Origin: a virus
Virus record (IMG/VR): IMGVR_UViG_3300026078_000018
DNA length: 64,000 nucleotides
Reading direction: 5' to 3' (one strand)
Position numbers and translations under genes: made by a program. This document shows, piece by piece, positions 29,861-39,211 of this stretch. Every line of letters starts with the position of its first letter. Positions within the stretch are counted from its first letter, which is position 1. Below the pieces are notes generated by a model. It saw nothing but the letters and a program-made list of their open reading frames with translations. It did not search any database and had not been told where the DNA came from.

Positions 29861-29863
29861 CTT

Positions 29864-30030
29864 GTACGATTACAGCCAGCACGACCGGATGATGACGTGT
29901 CCGGGCCCGGCGGGAGATCGTCACTCCCGAGGCGATACCTCAGTACCGTGGGCAACGTCGCGTGGCCCTCAATCCTAGGGGCGCGGCCGAGTAATGAACG
30001 GCTCGGCCACATCCTCCTTCTCGTGTCAGA
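29864..30030 (+). ncRNA. putative structured ncRNA, copy 2
   Basis: As copy 1. Confidence 0.65.
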
Positions 30031-30066
30031 GAGGGCGCCTCCGCGCGGAATGCGCGAGGAGGCCCC

Positions 30067-30495
30067 ATGCACACCCTGGCACTGGCAGGCGGTGACCTGA
30101 TCGCCACCGCGGCCGGATACGTCGTCATCGACGGCGCCGCGATGGTCCGGCAGAACCTGGCCTGCGCACTGGCCGAGCCGATCGGCACCGACCGATTCCA
30201 CCCCACCTTCGGCTCGACGCTGTCGCAGCAGATCGGCACGCCGATGACAGACACCGAAATCGCCGGAGTCCGAACCGAAGCCGTCCGGGTGGTACAGGCA
30301 CTCATCGCAGCACAAGGCGCGATGATCGCCGCAGACGCCGCTGCTGGTGCGCGCTCCCGGTTCTCCGCCGCTGACGTGATTGCGCAGCTCGTCGGTGTCA
30401 ACGTCACGCAGACCCTCGACACCGCCAGTGTCATGGTGCAGGTGGAGACGGCAGCCGGGGCGACCCTGGGCTCGGCCACGATGGCGGTGGTCTGA
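30067..30495 (+). CDS. baseplate wedge, gp25/GpW-like
   Basis: L.E.IGTDRFHP.FGS.L...IG. Confidence 0.8.
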   Translation: MHTLALAGGDLIATAAGYVVIDGAAMVRQNLACALAEPIGTDRFHPTFGSTLSQQIGTPMTDTEIAGVRTEAVRVVQALIAAQGAMIAADAAAGARSRFSAADVIAQLVGVNVTQTLDTASVMVQVETAAGATLGSATMAVV

Positions 30496-32333
30496 TGGGC
30501 GTGTCAGTCGACGACGTCTCGGCACAGATCCGAGCAGCGCTCGCGGTCGCCGACACCGAACTGGACACCAGCATCGGCTCTGTCACCCGCAAGATCATCG
30601 ACGCGGTCGCCGAGCAGATCGCAGCTGCCTACGTCGACACCCACCTGATCACTTACGCCTATGACGTGGATGCCAAAACCGGTGCCGACCTGGACGCTTT
30701 CACACAGCTTTTCGGGATCGCCAGACTTCCGGCCACACGCGCCGCCGGGGTGGTGACCTTCTCCCGGCCGTCCGGCGCCGGGGCCGCGGCCACCGCGTTC
30801 ATCCCGATCCACACCGAGGTCCACGACGGCTCGTCCCCGGCGATCGCCGTGCAAACCTCCACAGGCGCCGTCATGGACCCCGGGGTGACGTCGGTGTCGG
30901 TACCGGTGCAGGCAGTCGCCTCCGGGCCCAGCGGCAACCTGGCGGCCAACGCCGCGGTGAACATCGCCAGCCCGCTGCAGGGCATCACCTCGGTGACCAA
31001 CCCGCAGCCGCTGTCCGGCGGTGCGGACGGCGAGTCCGACGGCGCGCTGCGCACCCGCTGGCGCAAGACGGCACTGCGCTCGCTGGCCGGAACCGAGCAG
31101 ATGTATCTCGGGGTCGCCCTGGATGACCCGAACTGCACCGCAGCCAACGTGGTCGGCGCGTCCAAGGTGTATCGGGAGCAGGTGCAGATCGCCTCCGGCG
31201 TGGCCGTTTCCACGGTCACCGGCGCACAGTACGTATATATCAACCCGGTGACGGTCGGCGCCGACATCGACAATGGCGTGATCGCGTTGAACGGCTTCGA
31301 CTATACCTGGTCCGCTACTGTTCCTCCCCAGGTCAACGTGGTCAATTCGGCGGTGCTGCCCAATGGGACCGTGATCGATCTGGAATTCTCCTACACCTCG
31401 ACGGCATCCCGTAACAGCCCCTTGACGAACATCACCAACCGGGTCGACGTGTGGTGCGGAGGTTCCCGGCCGACCCAGGGCAGCCAGGTGGTGGCCATCC
31501 CGGCCAGCCCGCAGACGTTTTCTGCATCCTCGTCCTCACCCCTGTATACCGGGATCTTTACGCGGCTCGACGGCAACCACCCGACCACGGCGAACGTCTT
31601 CATCCCGTTGGCATTCGGACCGATCCTCACAGTGCCCGCCACCATCACCATCGGAGGCACGACCTACGGAGACGCGCAGGCCGCGGGGGTGGCCATGGGG
31701 ACCGTGAGCGGCGGGGTCACCTACGCCTACCAGATCGTCCACGACGACACTGCGTTCGGGTACTCCGCCAGCTCCAACTTCGGTCTGGAGTGGCAGGCCG
31801 CCGATCTGCCCACCGCAGGAACCACGTTCACCCTGTCCAACGGCTACACCTACAACCAGGTCCCCGCCAGCGTGCAGGCAGCGCTCGACAACTGGCGCCT
31901 GGTCGGCATCGACGCCAAGGCGCACGCCGCGCGGGTGCGCCGGATGCAGCTGTCCCTGGCCGTGGTCTACTCCCCCGGCATCACCCCCTCGACCGTCAAC
32001 GCCAGTATCACCACGGCACTGAGCAGCTTCCTGCAGGGGCTCGGCTTCGACTCGGTGCTGCGCGCATCGGATGCGATCAACATCGTGCACGGAGTCCCTG
32101 GGGTGGACAACTGTAGGTTCGCCAACGGCTCCGACTACCCCGGGTTCACCTTCGGCGCGGCCAACTCCTACCAGGTCGGCATTCAGCAGGTGAACGTGCA
32201 CGGCGCCGTCAGCAGCTCCTACGTCGATGCCACCGGCCGCCCACTGGACGTCGAATTCGGCGACGCCGATCTGCCCCAGCTGTATCAGATCAACGTGCTG
32301 ACAAAGGCCGAGAACACCTTCGGCGCGTACTAG
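30495..32333 (+). CDS. baseplate J-like protein
   Basis: G.DLD....FGI.R..AT.A.G.VTF; G.SGN; GGADGESD..LR.R. Confidence 0.9.
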   Translation: MGVSVDDVSAQIRAALAVADTELDTSIGSVTRKIIDAVAEQIAAAYVDTHLITYAYDVDAKTGADLDAFTQLFGIARLPATRAAGVVTFSRPSGAGAAATAFIPIHTEVHDGSSPAIAVQTSTGAVMDPGVTSVSVPVQAVASGPSGNLAANAAVNIASPLQGITSVTNPQPLSGGADGESDGALRTRWRKTALRSLAGTEQMYLGVALDDPNCTAANVVGASKVYREQVQIASGVAVSTVTGAQYVYINPVTVGADIDNGVIALNGFDYTWSATVPPQVNVVNSAVLPNGTVIDLEFSYTSTASRNSPLTNITNRVDVWCGGSRPTQGSQVVAIPASPQTFSASSSSPLYTGIFTRLDGNHPTTANVFIPLAFGPILTVPATITIGGTTYGDAQAAGVAMGTVSGGVTYAYQIVHDDTAFGYSASSNFGLEWQAADLPTAGTTFTLSNGYTYNQVPASVQAALDNWRLVGIDAKAHAARVRRMQLSLAVVYSPGITPSTVNASITTALSSFLQGLGFDSVLRASDAINIVHGVPGVDNCRFANGSDYPGFTFGAANSYQVGIQQVNVHGAVSSSYVDATGRPLDVEFGDADLPQLYQINVLTKAENTFGAY

Positions 32334-32342
32334 GAGGTTGCC

Positions 32343-33668
32343 GTGCCGCAGATCATCACCTCCCCCACCGACCTGTTCGCTACGCCCATCGTCCCGGTCG
32401 CCACCCTGCTGCCGCAGCAGATCAACCCGGCACTCCCGCAGCCAGCGCCACTGGCCGCCGCCACCGGGATGCTGCTGCCGCAACCGGACCTGCAAAGGAT
32501 GCTCGCGCACTTCCCCGAGGAGGTGTACGACCTTCGCCCCACCTCGCACCTGGTCCGGCTGATGGGGGTGCTACTGGGAGACTCCGGAGTCGGGCAGCTG
32601 CGCCGCCGCCAGAACCTAGCCCGGATCAACGCCACCCTCACCGGCTCATCCTGGCTGGACCAGGACCGGCTGTGGGGTGCCGTTTTCTCCATGGCCCGCA
32701 CCCTGTCCGAGCAGCTGCCGATCGACCCCGCCGACCAGGTCGCCACCATCGAAGAGTGGGATGCGCTGGAGCAAGCCGACGCCCAATACCGCGAGCGCCT
32801 CATTGCACTGTGCGCAGCATTGCCGCTGGCCGGGACAATGCCCGGTCTCATCGCCGCTGCCAGCGCCATCATCGGCGCGCCGGTGGAGGCGTATGAGACA
32901 TGGAAGATCCTCGACGGAGGAACCGTCATCCCCACCCGCACCTGGGGGCAGGTAGAGGCCTTGGGTAACTGGAGCGTCTTGGAGGGCCAGCACTGGATTC
33001 AGATCGAGACGGTGCTCAACGTGGGCCTTTCGGGGCTGAACTCCCGCGCCGAGGTCGAGATCCGGCCGCACAAGAACTACACCAGCGACCGGGCCGGGCA
33101 GGTTGCCGCGGCCGCCGACGCCAAGGCGCTGGCGGAGGTGCTGTCCAAGTTGACCCCGGACGGGATCCTGGTCACCATCGACAACGCCGTGGCCGCGCCC
33201 GGTATCGACGTGCCGATCGCCTCAGTCTGGGCTGACTCCGCATATGCTCAGGTCATTCCGCAGGTCACGGTGTCTTCCACGATCCCCGCCGCGACTGCGG
33301 CCACCTGCTACCCGCTATCGGCGCAGCAGGTGGCCGACGACGTCGACCCGTTCTCGCCGCGGTTCCTGCCGGTCCCCTACGGTGTCAACACCTCGGCCAG
33401 CGACTGGGACTTCAATGCCGCCATCACCGCGGTCACCAGCTACTCCTTCGCCGATGGCTCCGACCCGCTGACGGTGCCCGGCAGCGGCACCGCGGTGCCT
33501 GGTGACGACCAAACCGTGCCCTGGCGAGATGGCACCTCCACCACCTATACCCCGGACCTGGCGATCGCCCCTCCCGCGCTAGCCGCAGCCGCGCGGCTGG
33601 GCTCTCCGGGGCACCTGGCCGTGCACCCCTGGTCCGGTTCGCGGAAGGTGGTGCCGGTCCATGCCTGA
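32343..33668 (+). CDS. baseplate wedge/tail protein (gpI-like)
   Basis: DAQYRERL....GT..GL; follows baseplate J. Confidence 0.65.
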   Translation: MPQIITSPTDLFATPIVPVATLLPQQINPALPQPAPLAAATGMLLPQPDLQRMLAHFPEEVYDLRPTSHLVRLMGVLLGDSGVGQLRRRQNLARINATLTGSSWLDQDRLWGAVFSMARTLSEQLPIDPADQVATIEEWDALEQADAQYRERLIALCAALPLAGTMPGLIAAASAIIGAPVEAYETWKILDGGTVIPTRTWGQVEALGNWSVLEGQHWIQIETVLNVGLSGLNSRAEVEIRPHKNYTSDRAGQVAAAADAKALAEVLSKLTPDGILVTIDNAVAAPGIDVPIASVWADSAYAQVIPQVTVSSTIPAATAATCYPLSAQQVADDVDPFSPRFLPVPYGVNTSASDWDFNAAITAVTSYSFADGSDPLTVPGSGTAVPGDDQTVPWRDGTSTTYTPDLAIAPPALAAAARLGSPGHLAVHPWSGSRKVVPVHA

Positions 33669-36600
33669 GACCTCAGCTGCTGTCGCGGCCATGCCGGGCA
33701 ACCTCAACACGCCGGTCCTGGCGCCGCTGTACGCCGACGGGATGCCGCTGGCCGCGCTCGGGCAGGCCCTGTCCGGCACTGGCTCGGCCTCGGCGCCCGC
33801 CAGGTTCTGGTCCACACCGCCACGGGCGGCCGCTGACACCACTCGGGAGGTGTTGCAGGTCTCCCTCGGCGCGGCCCGCACCCTCAACCGCGTGTCCGTC
33901 TCGCTGCCCCGCTTCCCGCACACCAGCTGGCTGCAGGCCTACGACGACACGACCGCGACCTGGATGACGCTGGTCGACGCAGGCGGCAACGCCGCGCAGG
34001 TGTCATTCACCGACTCTCTGCCGCCGGTGGTATCCGTCGGTGTCACCGACACCGGACGGCGCCACCCCGCGCACTACGGCGCCGGACACTGGGTGCCCAC
34101 GACTTTCGAGTTCACCCCCGTCACCACCACCCAGCTGCGGCTCGTGCAGGTGCGTGTGCCCTCCGGCGCCATCCCCGTCGGCGTCACCGGCAGTCCCCAG
34201 CCCTACCCCCTGGGAGCCCGGGACCTGGTCGTCGGCTACGCCACCGACACCCCCGGCGGCGCACCGCTGCGCACCGGCGCGATCGCCACCACGGCCGACA
34301 TCCTCGGCTCCACCATCACCCACACCCTGCTGCGCGCCGACGCCTGGGGTCTGCCGATCGGCCGCACCTGGCGCTCGGCACCGATGCCGACCGCCGACTC
34401 GGTCGTGGGACTGTACGTGGACTGCCGCGACGCTCTGGGCGCGCCGCAGCTGGTAGACCGGCTGTATCTGGACCCGATCACCTCCGGCGTGTCAATGTGC
34501 GTGTATTACACCTCCGACGCGCCGATCGCCGACACCTTCCCGGCCTCCGATGCGCCGATGGGCGCCTACGTGGTGCCCTCAGTCTCGGCCCCAGTCATCT
34601 CCAACGGTCTCTTGACCTTCAGCGGCACCTCCTGCTATCTGGACATCGCCGCGAGTGCCGTGGCGTTCGACCCCGGCAGCCCGTTCGCGCTGGGCTTGTC
34701 ATTCGCCCCCGTGTACGCCTCCACCGCGGCCGGGCCATACACGCTGCTGGACGCCGAGGGGTTCACTGTGAGCTTTGCCGCAGGCGTGCTCACCGCCTCC
34801 ATCGGCACCGCGCAGGCTTCGCTGGCGCTGTCATTCGCGTCCGGGACGCCGCTGGTTGTTGGCGTCTTCTCCGACGGCGCCACTCTGTCTTTGTCGGTCG
34901 GCGGCGTCGGGCAGACGGCCAGCACTGCCGGGGTGAGAGCGGTGGGCAGATCGGCATCGATCCGGCTCGGCGGCGCTCAGGGCGCAACCCCGGCCACCTC
35001 CGACATGTCGGTGTCAGCGCTGGCACTGTGGCAGTGCGGCGCCGCGCAGGCACATGCCGGGCTCGCCGCCTTCCTAACATCACCGGATTCGGTGATGCTG
35101 TTGCCGTCCACCGAGGTCGTCTCGCATCCCAGCGATGGCACCGTGCTGCGGGTCGACCCGCGGCGGGCCGACGCCGACACCGCCTTCGGGGTGTTCGGCG
35201 CCCCCGGGATCGACCTGTCGCGGGTGCGGTGGATTCCTTTGGCTCGTGACGCGGTAGCGCGGTCGGGGGCCTTGGCCATGGCCCCGATGCTCGCGACTCT
35301 ACTGAAGATCGAATTCACGAACCTCGCTCCGGCGCCGCTTGAGACCACCGGCGGTGTGCTCACGTCGGCGCCGCTGCTGGATTCCACACGGCAGTCGCAG
35401 CCCTCGGTCAGCTCTACCGGCTCCCCGGATCCGGGCACCGGTGTCATCTCGGCGAACGGCGCCTCGAACTACTCCGATATGCGTAGGTTGCCTGCTGCCA
35501 CCACTTACCCGGTATCGCCGACCGAGGCGCTTTACGCGCCGGACCCGCAGGTTGCGTCCCGTATCAACGACGGGCCCGGTTTCGGATTCACCCGCTGGCA
35601 GACGCCCGCATCGCCGGTGACACCGCGGCATGCGGGAGTACACACCGACGCTCCGGTCCAGACGTCGATCACGCAGCGGCAGACGTTTTTCGTCGCACTA
35701 CGGAAGATCGCGCTGGGCCGGTTCCAGAACGGCGCCGCCCCGCTGGATTACGCCCGGTTGGTTGAGACCACTGACGACGCCCTGGGCCTGGGACCGACCG
35801 GGGGCGCAGGTCTATGGGAGCGGGCTAATGGCCGTTTGGTCACTCCCTCCCCAGCCGGAGGACGCCGGATTGTCACCTCCCTGCCCTACGTCAGCCACCA
35901 TCCGGTGGTGGCAGTGCAGTTCGCCTCGACATGTTCGGACGCTGCCGGAGTCATCACCGACGCCGACTTCACCGCCCCAGACTTCTCCGCCTGGTCGATG
36001 ATCGGGGACGCCACCGTCGCCGTCGGCACCGGCTACGCCTCAGCAGTAGGTCACGCCGCCGCGCTCACCCGGCACGGCGGCGCCTCCGGCGGCATCGCCT
36101 CGGTTCAGACGCTCACCCCGGGCCGTACGGGACGTCTGTACGGTGCGGTGCGGCTGTACGCGCCGACTGACGCCTCGGCGCCGTGGCAGCTTTCACTGGT
36201 CAACGGCGACGGCACCATCCTGGCCCAGGCGAGTGCGACACCGACGGCAGGGCAGGTGCTGGAGTTCACCTGCCAGCTGAACCTGGACGTGCCGCTCGTG
36301 TCCGGTGTGGATACCTGGGGCACCTACGACAACACCGGCACCTGGGCTTCGATGGCAGCTCATGGCAGCTATGCCGTCGTCTCCGGCGCCGGGCTGTGGA
36401 TCCATGACGTCTCCGTCCACCTGGCCCAGACCGGCGTCGATTCCGACACCGTCCTGATCGACAGCCTCGCCATGTTCTACGACCCGATCACCTGGGAAGT
36501 TTCGGCCGACGGCGGCACCGATTGGTTTCCCGTCGCCGACATCCGCAACGACCCCGCAGGGGTGCTCGTGCTCCCGCCCGCCACGACCGGGACCTCGCTG

Positions 36601-36828
36601 ATGTGGCGCGCCAGCTGTGATGCACCCGGGGTGAGCATCAGCGCAGTGGCCCTGCGCCCCTGGTACGAATTGCGCGCGGGCGGAGTGCGCCCACAACCGC
36701 CGGGAATCCCGTCCGGGCCGCTGCTTTCCCCCGCCGATCACTTCGGACCCATCGAGGAAGATCCTATGTGGATGGCCTGGGACCGCGGGGTGCCGCGCTC
36801 CTGGTGGGCATCGGGCCGCTCCTTCTGA
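33661..36828 (+). CDS. large baseplate/receptor-binding protein with LamG/discoidin-like domains
   Basis: 1055 aa, beta-rich; terminal gene of the tail block. Confidence 0.65.
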   Translation: MPETSAAVAAMPGNLNTPVLAPLYADGMPLAALGQALSGTGSASAPARFWSTPPRAAADTTREVLQVSLGAARTLNRVSVSLPRFPHTSWLQAYDDTTATWMTLVDAGGNAAQVSFTDSLPPVVSVGVTDTGRRHPAHYGAGHWVPTTFEFTPVTTTQLRLVQVRVPSGAIPVGVTGSPQPYPLGARDLVVGYATDTPGGAPLRTGAIATTADILGSTITHTLLRADAWGLPIGRTWRSAPMPTADSVVGLYVDCRDALGAPQLVDRLYLDPITSGVSMCVYYTSDAPIADTFPASDAPMGAYVVPSVSAPVISNGLLTFSGTSCYLDIAASAVAFDPGSPFALGLSFAPVYASTAAGPYTLLDAEGFTVSFAAGVLTASIGTAQASLALSFASGTPLVVGVFSDGATLSLSVGGVGQTASTAGVRAVGRSASIRLGGAQGATPATSDMSVSALALWQCGAAQAHAGLAAFLTSPDSVMLLPSTEVVSHPSDGTVLRVDPRRADADTAFGVFGAPGIDLSRVRWIPLARDAVARSGALAMAPMLATLLKIEFTNLAPAPLETTGGVLTSAPLLDSTRQSQPSVSSTGSPDPGTGVISANGASNYSDMRRLPAATTYPVSPTEALYAPDPQVASRINDGPGFGFTRWQTPASPVTPRHAGVHTDAPVQTSITQRQTFFVALRKIALGRFQNGAAPLDYARLVETTDDALGLGPTGGAGLWERANGRLVTPSPAGGRRIVTSLPYVSHHPVVAVQFASTCSDAAGVITDADFTAPDFSAWSMIGDATVAVGTGYASAVGHAAALTRHGGASGGIASVQTLTPGRTGRLYGAVRLYAPTDASAPWQLSLVNGDGTILAQASATPTAGQVLEFTCQLNLDVPLVSGVDTWGTYDNTGTWASMAAHGSYAVVSGAGLWIHDVSVHLAQTGVDSDTVLIDSLAMFYDPITWEVSADGGTDWFPVADIRNDPAGVLVLPPATTGTSLMWRASCDAPGVSISAVALRPWYELRAGGVRPQPPGIPSGPLLSPADHFGPIEEDPMWMAWDRGVPRSWWASGRSF

Positions 36829-36836
36829 TCTCTCAG

Positions 36837-36877
36837 CGAGACGCCGGTATATACCGTTGGTATATACCGGCGTCTCG
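36837..36877. repeat. perfect inverted repeat (19-bp arms) carrying two GGTATATACC boxes
   Basis: CGAGACGCCGGTATATACC-GTT-GGTATATACCGGCGTCTCG. Confidence 0.9.
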
Positions 36878-37007
36878 GCTTGTCAGCGTATGTATGATCG
36901 CGCATTTCTGTGGCATATGACGTAGGAAAACACTGACGATATCCGCCATGACCTCTACACTGTCTTCTGAGATAGGCATCTGATGCTATGGCCGGAGGTG
37001 AATTCGT

Positions 37008-37322
37008 ATGTCACTGGACCTTGAGCTGGCCGTCAACCGCACACTGATGCGCGCACGCGCCGCCGAACGCGCCCTGCACGACCATGGCATCCCCTGGAGT
37101 CTGGAGACCGCAGGGCGACGTGTCGCCGTCGAGCCGATGCTCGGTGACGACCGCATCGTCTTCACAGGTGTGATCCCGGCCGAGCTGCCCGAGCGCTGTT
37201 GGCTGATGCTGCGCTGCGGGGAGGACATCGTGGACATCGCCGAGCTGCACACCGCCCCCGGCGGTGGAGGGACCGGATGCTGGACCCAAGTCCGGCACGA
37301 AATCGTGATGGGGACAGCGTGA
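37008..37322 (+). CDS. hypothetical protein
   Basis: GGAGG RBS; coupled to the helicase. Confidence 0.65.
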   Translation: MSLDLELAVNRTLMRARAAERALHDHGIPWSLETAGRRVAVEPMLGDDRIVFTGVIPAELPERCWLMLRCGEDIVDIAELHTAPGGGGTGCWTQVRHEIVMGTA

Positions 37323-38848
37323 ACAGCCTGTATCGGGATCCGCAGAACCTGAAGGATTTCCAGCTAGAAGACATCGTCACGCTGCGCAGGCTGGGCCGCG
37401 GAGTGCTCGGCTGGGACACCGGCATGGGCAAGACCCGGGGCCTGCTAGGCCTGGCCTGCTGGCTGCTGGACAAACAAGAGATCGACACCATCCTGCTGGT
37501 GTGCGAGCAGAACAAACTCGGCCCCGACGAATGGGAAGGCGACATCAAAGCCCTCACCACCGCCACCTGGGCCAAATACCACGGCGCGCGCCGATCCAGC
37601 GTCCTGCAGGGTGAGCTCCCGCAGATCATCGCCACCACCTACGAGACAGCGCGCGAGGACATCGCAGTCCGCGACGCCGAGGGCCATCTGATTGCCGATG
37701 GGCCGCTGACTCGGGCACTGGCCGGTCGCCGGGTCCTGATCGCTTACGACGAGATGCCGAAGCTGGCGATCGCCTCCTCAGGGCTGTATCAGGCCCACAA
37801 CTACCTGGTCGAGCGCATCGGGGCGTGCGTGGTCGGGCTGACTGCCATGGCCTACACCGTCGACTACGAATCGACCTACAACATGTTCCTGCTGGTCTGC
37901 CCGGACGTGCTGCCGACCCGGGAGCAGTTCGAGGAGTTGTGTGTGGTGCGGCGCAGAAGGCGCACCAACAAGGCGATCTTCAACGACCGGGCGGTACGAC
38001 AGTACCTGCTGGAGCCGATCCGGCCGTACCTGCTGCGCCGCCGCAAGACAGACCCCGAGGTCGCGCACCTTTTCCCGAAGATGAGGGAGAAAACGCTGCA
38101 CACTGTGATGACCCCGGACCAGGCTGAGGCCTACCAGACCATGGAGGCGTTCGGCCGCGTAGAAGCCGAACGCCTTGGCGAAGAGCCGTCCGGCCTGTAC
38201 ACGGTGCTGCGGATGATCGCTTCCTACCCCGAGGCACTGCTGGCCGCCGACGGCGCTTTGGCCGCTGAAACAGTCCAGGTCCTCGGAGCCGAATGGCTCG
38301 CCTCGATCCGGCCCGGCAAGCTGGACATGCTGCAGAAGCTCGCCGCCCACGCTGCCGCCGAGGACCGCAAGACGGTGGTCTTCTCGTTTTTTGGGCCGAC
38401 GATCCTGCCGCTGTTGGCCCGCGATCTACAGCATCTGGGAGTTCCGATCCTGACGTTCTACGGGGCCGCGACCAAGGCCCGCCGGGAGTCGCTGGCCGCG
38501 TTCCGAGCGCACAAGGGCCCGGCACTCCTACTGGCCTCCAACGCCGCGGCCCGCGGGATTAATGTCCCGGAGGCCTCGCGCCTGATCGAGTATGAGGGTG
38601 CGCTGACGTACGAGATCGGTGCACAGCGGCGCAACCGCATCCACCGCCTGGACTCGCCCCACGACGAGGTGGTCTGCGCCACGCTCATCGCCGACGGGAC
38701 CCTGGAGCAGCCGATCGCCGAGAAAATGCTGCACCGCAACTTCGAGACCGATGCCGTCAACGGCGACGAGTTCGCAGCGCCCCACGGGTTCACTACCGCC
38801 TCGATCCGGCGCTCGAAAATGGACGTCTGGCAGAACGCTGTCGCCTGA
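37319..38848 (+). CDS. SNF2-like SF2 helicase
   Basis: DTGMGKT, YDEM, GLTA, RGINVP, QR.NRIHR. Confidence 0.85.
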   Translation: MNSLYRDPQNLKDFQLEDIVTLRRLGRGVLGWDTGMGKTRGLLGLACWLLDKQEIDTILLVCEQNKLGPDEWEGDIKALTTATWAKYHGARRSSVLQGELPQIIATTYETAREDIAVRDAEGHLIADGPLTRALAGRRVLIAYDEMPKLAIASSGLYQAHNYLVERIGACVVGLTAMAYTVDYESTYNMFLLVCPDVLPTREQFEELCVVRRRRRTNKAIFNDRAVRQYLLEPIRPYLLRRRKTDPEVAHLFPKMREKTLHTVMTPDQAEAYQTMEAFGRVEAERLGEEPSGLYTVLRMIASYPEALLAADGALAAETVQVLGAEWLASIRPGKLDMLQKLAAHAAAEDRKTVVFSFFGPTILPLLARDLQHLGVPILTFYGAATKARRESLAAFRAHKGPALLLASNAAARGINVPEASRLIEYEGALTYEIGAQRRNRIHRLDSPHDEVVCATLIADGTLEQPIAEKMLHRNFETDAVNGDEFAAPHGFTTASIRRSKMDVWQNAVA

Positions 38849-38860
38849 TTATCTCACTGG

Positions 38861-38902
38861 ACGACGAAACCACCCCGCCATTCGGGGTGGTTTCGTCGTT
38901 TC
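38861..38902 (+). terminator. intrinsic terminator
   Basis: ACGACGAAACCACCCC/GGGGTGGTTTCGTCGT stem plus T tail. Confidence 0.8.
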
Positions 38903-39074
38903 TGTCATAGCACCAATGTTCTGATTCGGTCTCGTCGCTTGCTCTTCCCGCCCCTGGTGCGCTGTACTGGCTGAATCAGCCTGTTCAGTAACCGCAGGGA
39001 ACGGCAACGCGTATACGAGTAGATCCAAGTACATAAAACCCCGCCAGGCAGTATGGGCACATAGGTACACATTG

Positions 39075-39171
39075 ACGCGTGCGTGCGCACATGCGTGCGC
39101 GTACCTGCGCGGGCGCGCGCATACGCACGCACGGGTGCGCGGGCGGGCGCACGCACGCACGCGCGGTATAT
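39075..39171. repeat. alternating purine-pyrimidine tract with GCGT/ACGC inverted arrays
   Basis: GCGTGCGTGCG...CGCACGCACGC. Confidence 0.7.
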
Positions 39172-39211
39172 AGAGCACGGCCACGCCCCAACGGCCGCAG
39201 GAGATCCCACG

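Noticed and set aside
29703-29978. Two short MMTCPG... peptides encoded by the tandem repeat
   Set aside because: Frames diverge after the variable segment (31 vs 15 nt) while base-pairing is conserved, so the constraint is at nucleic-acid level.
29677-30030. CRISPR array, TIGR/box C-D array, SAM-IV riboswitch, hammerhead or HDV ribozyme
   Set aside because: Only two long units are present. AUGAUGA is present but CUGA is not conserved in copy 2. GGCAAC occurs, but I could not build the required core pairings by eye.
19180-36828. Extracellular contractile injection system or tailocin
   Set aside because: Terminase, neck genes and a full replisome are linked, which indicates a true phage.
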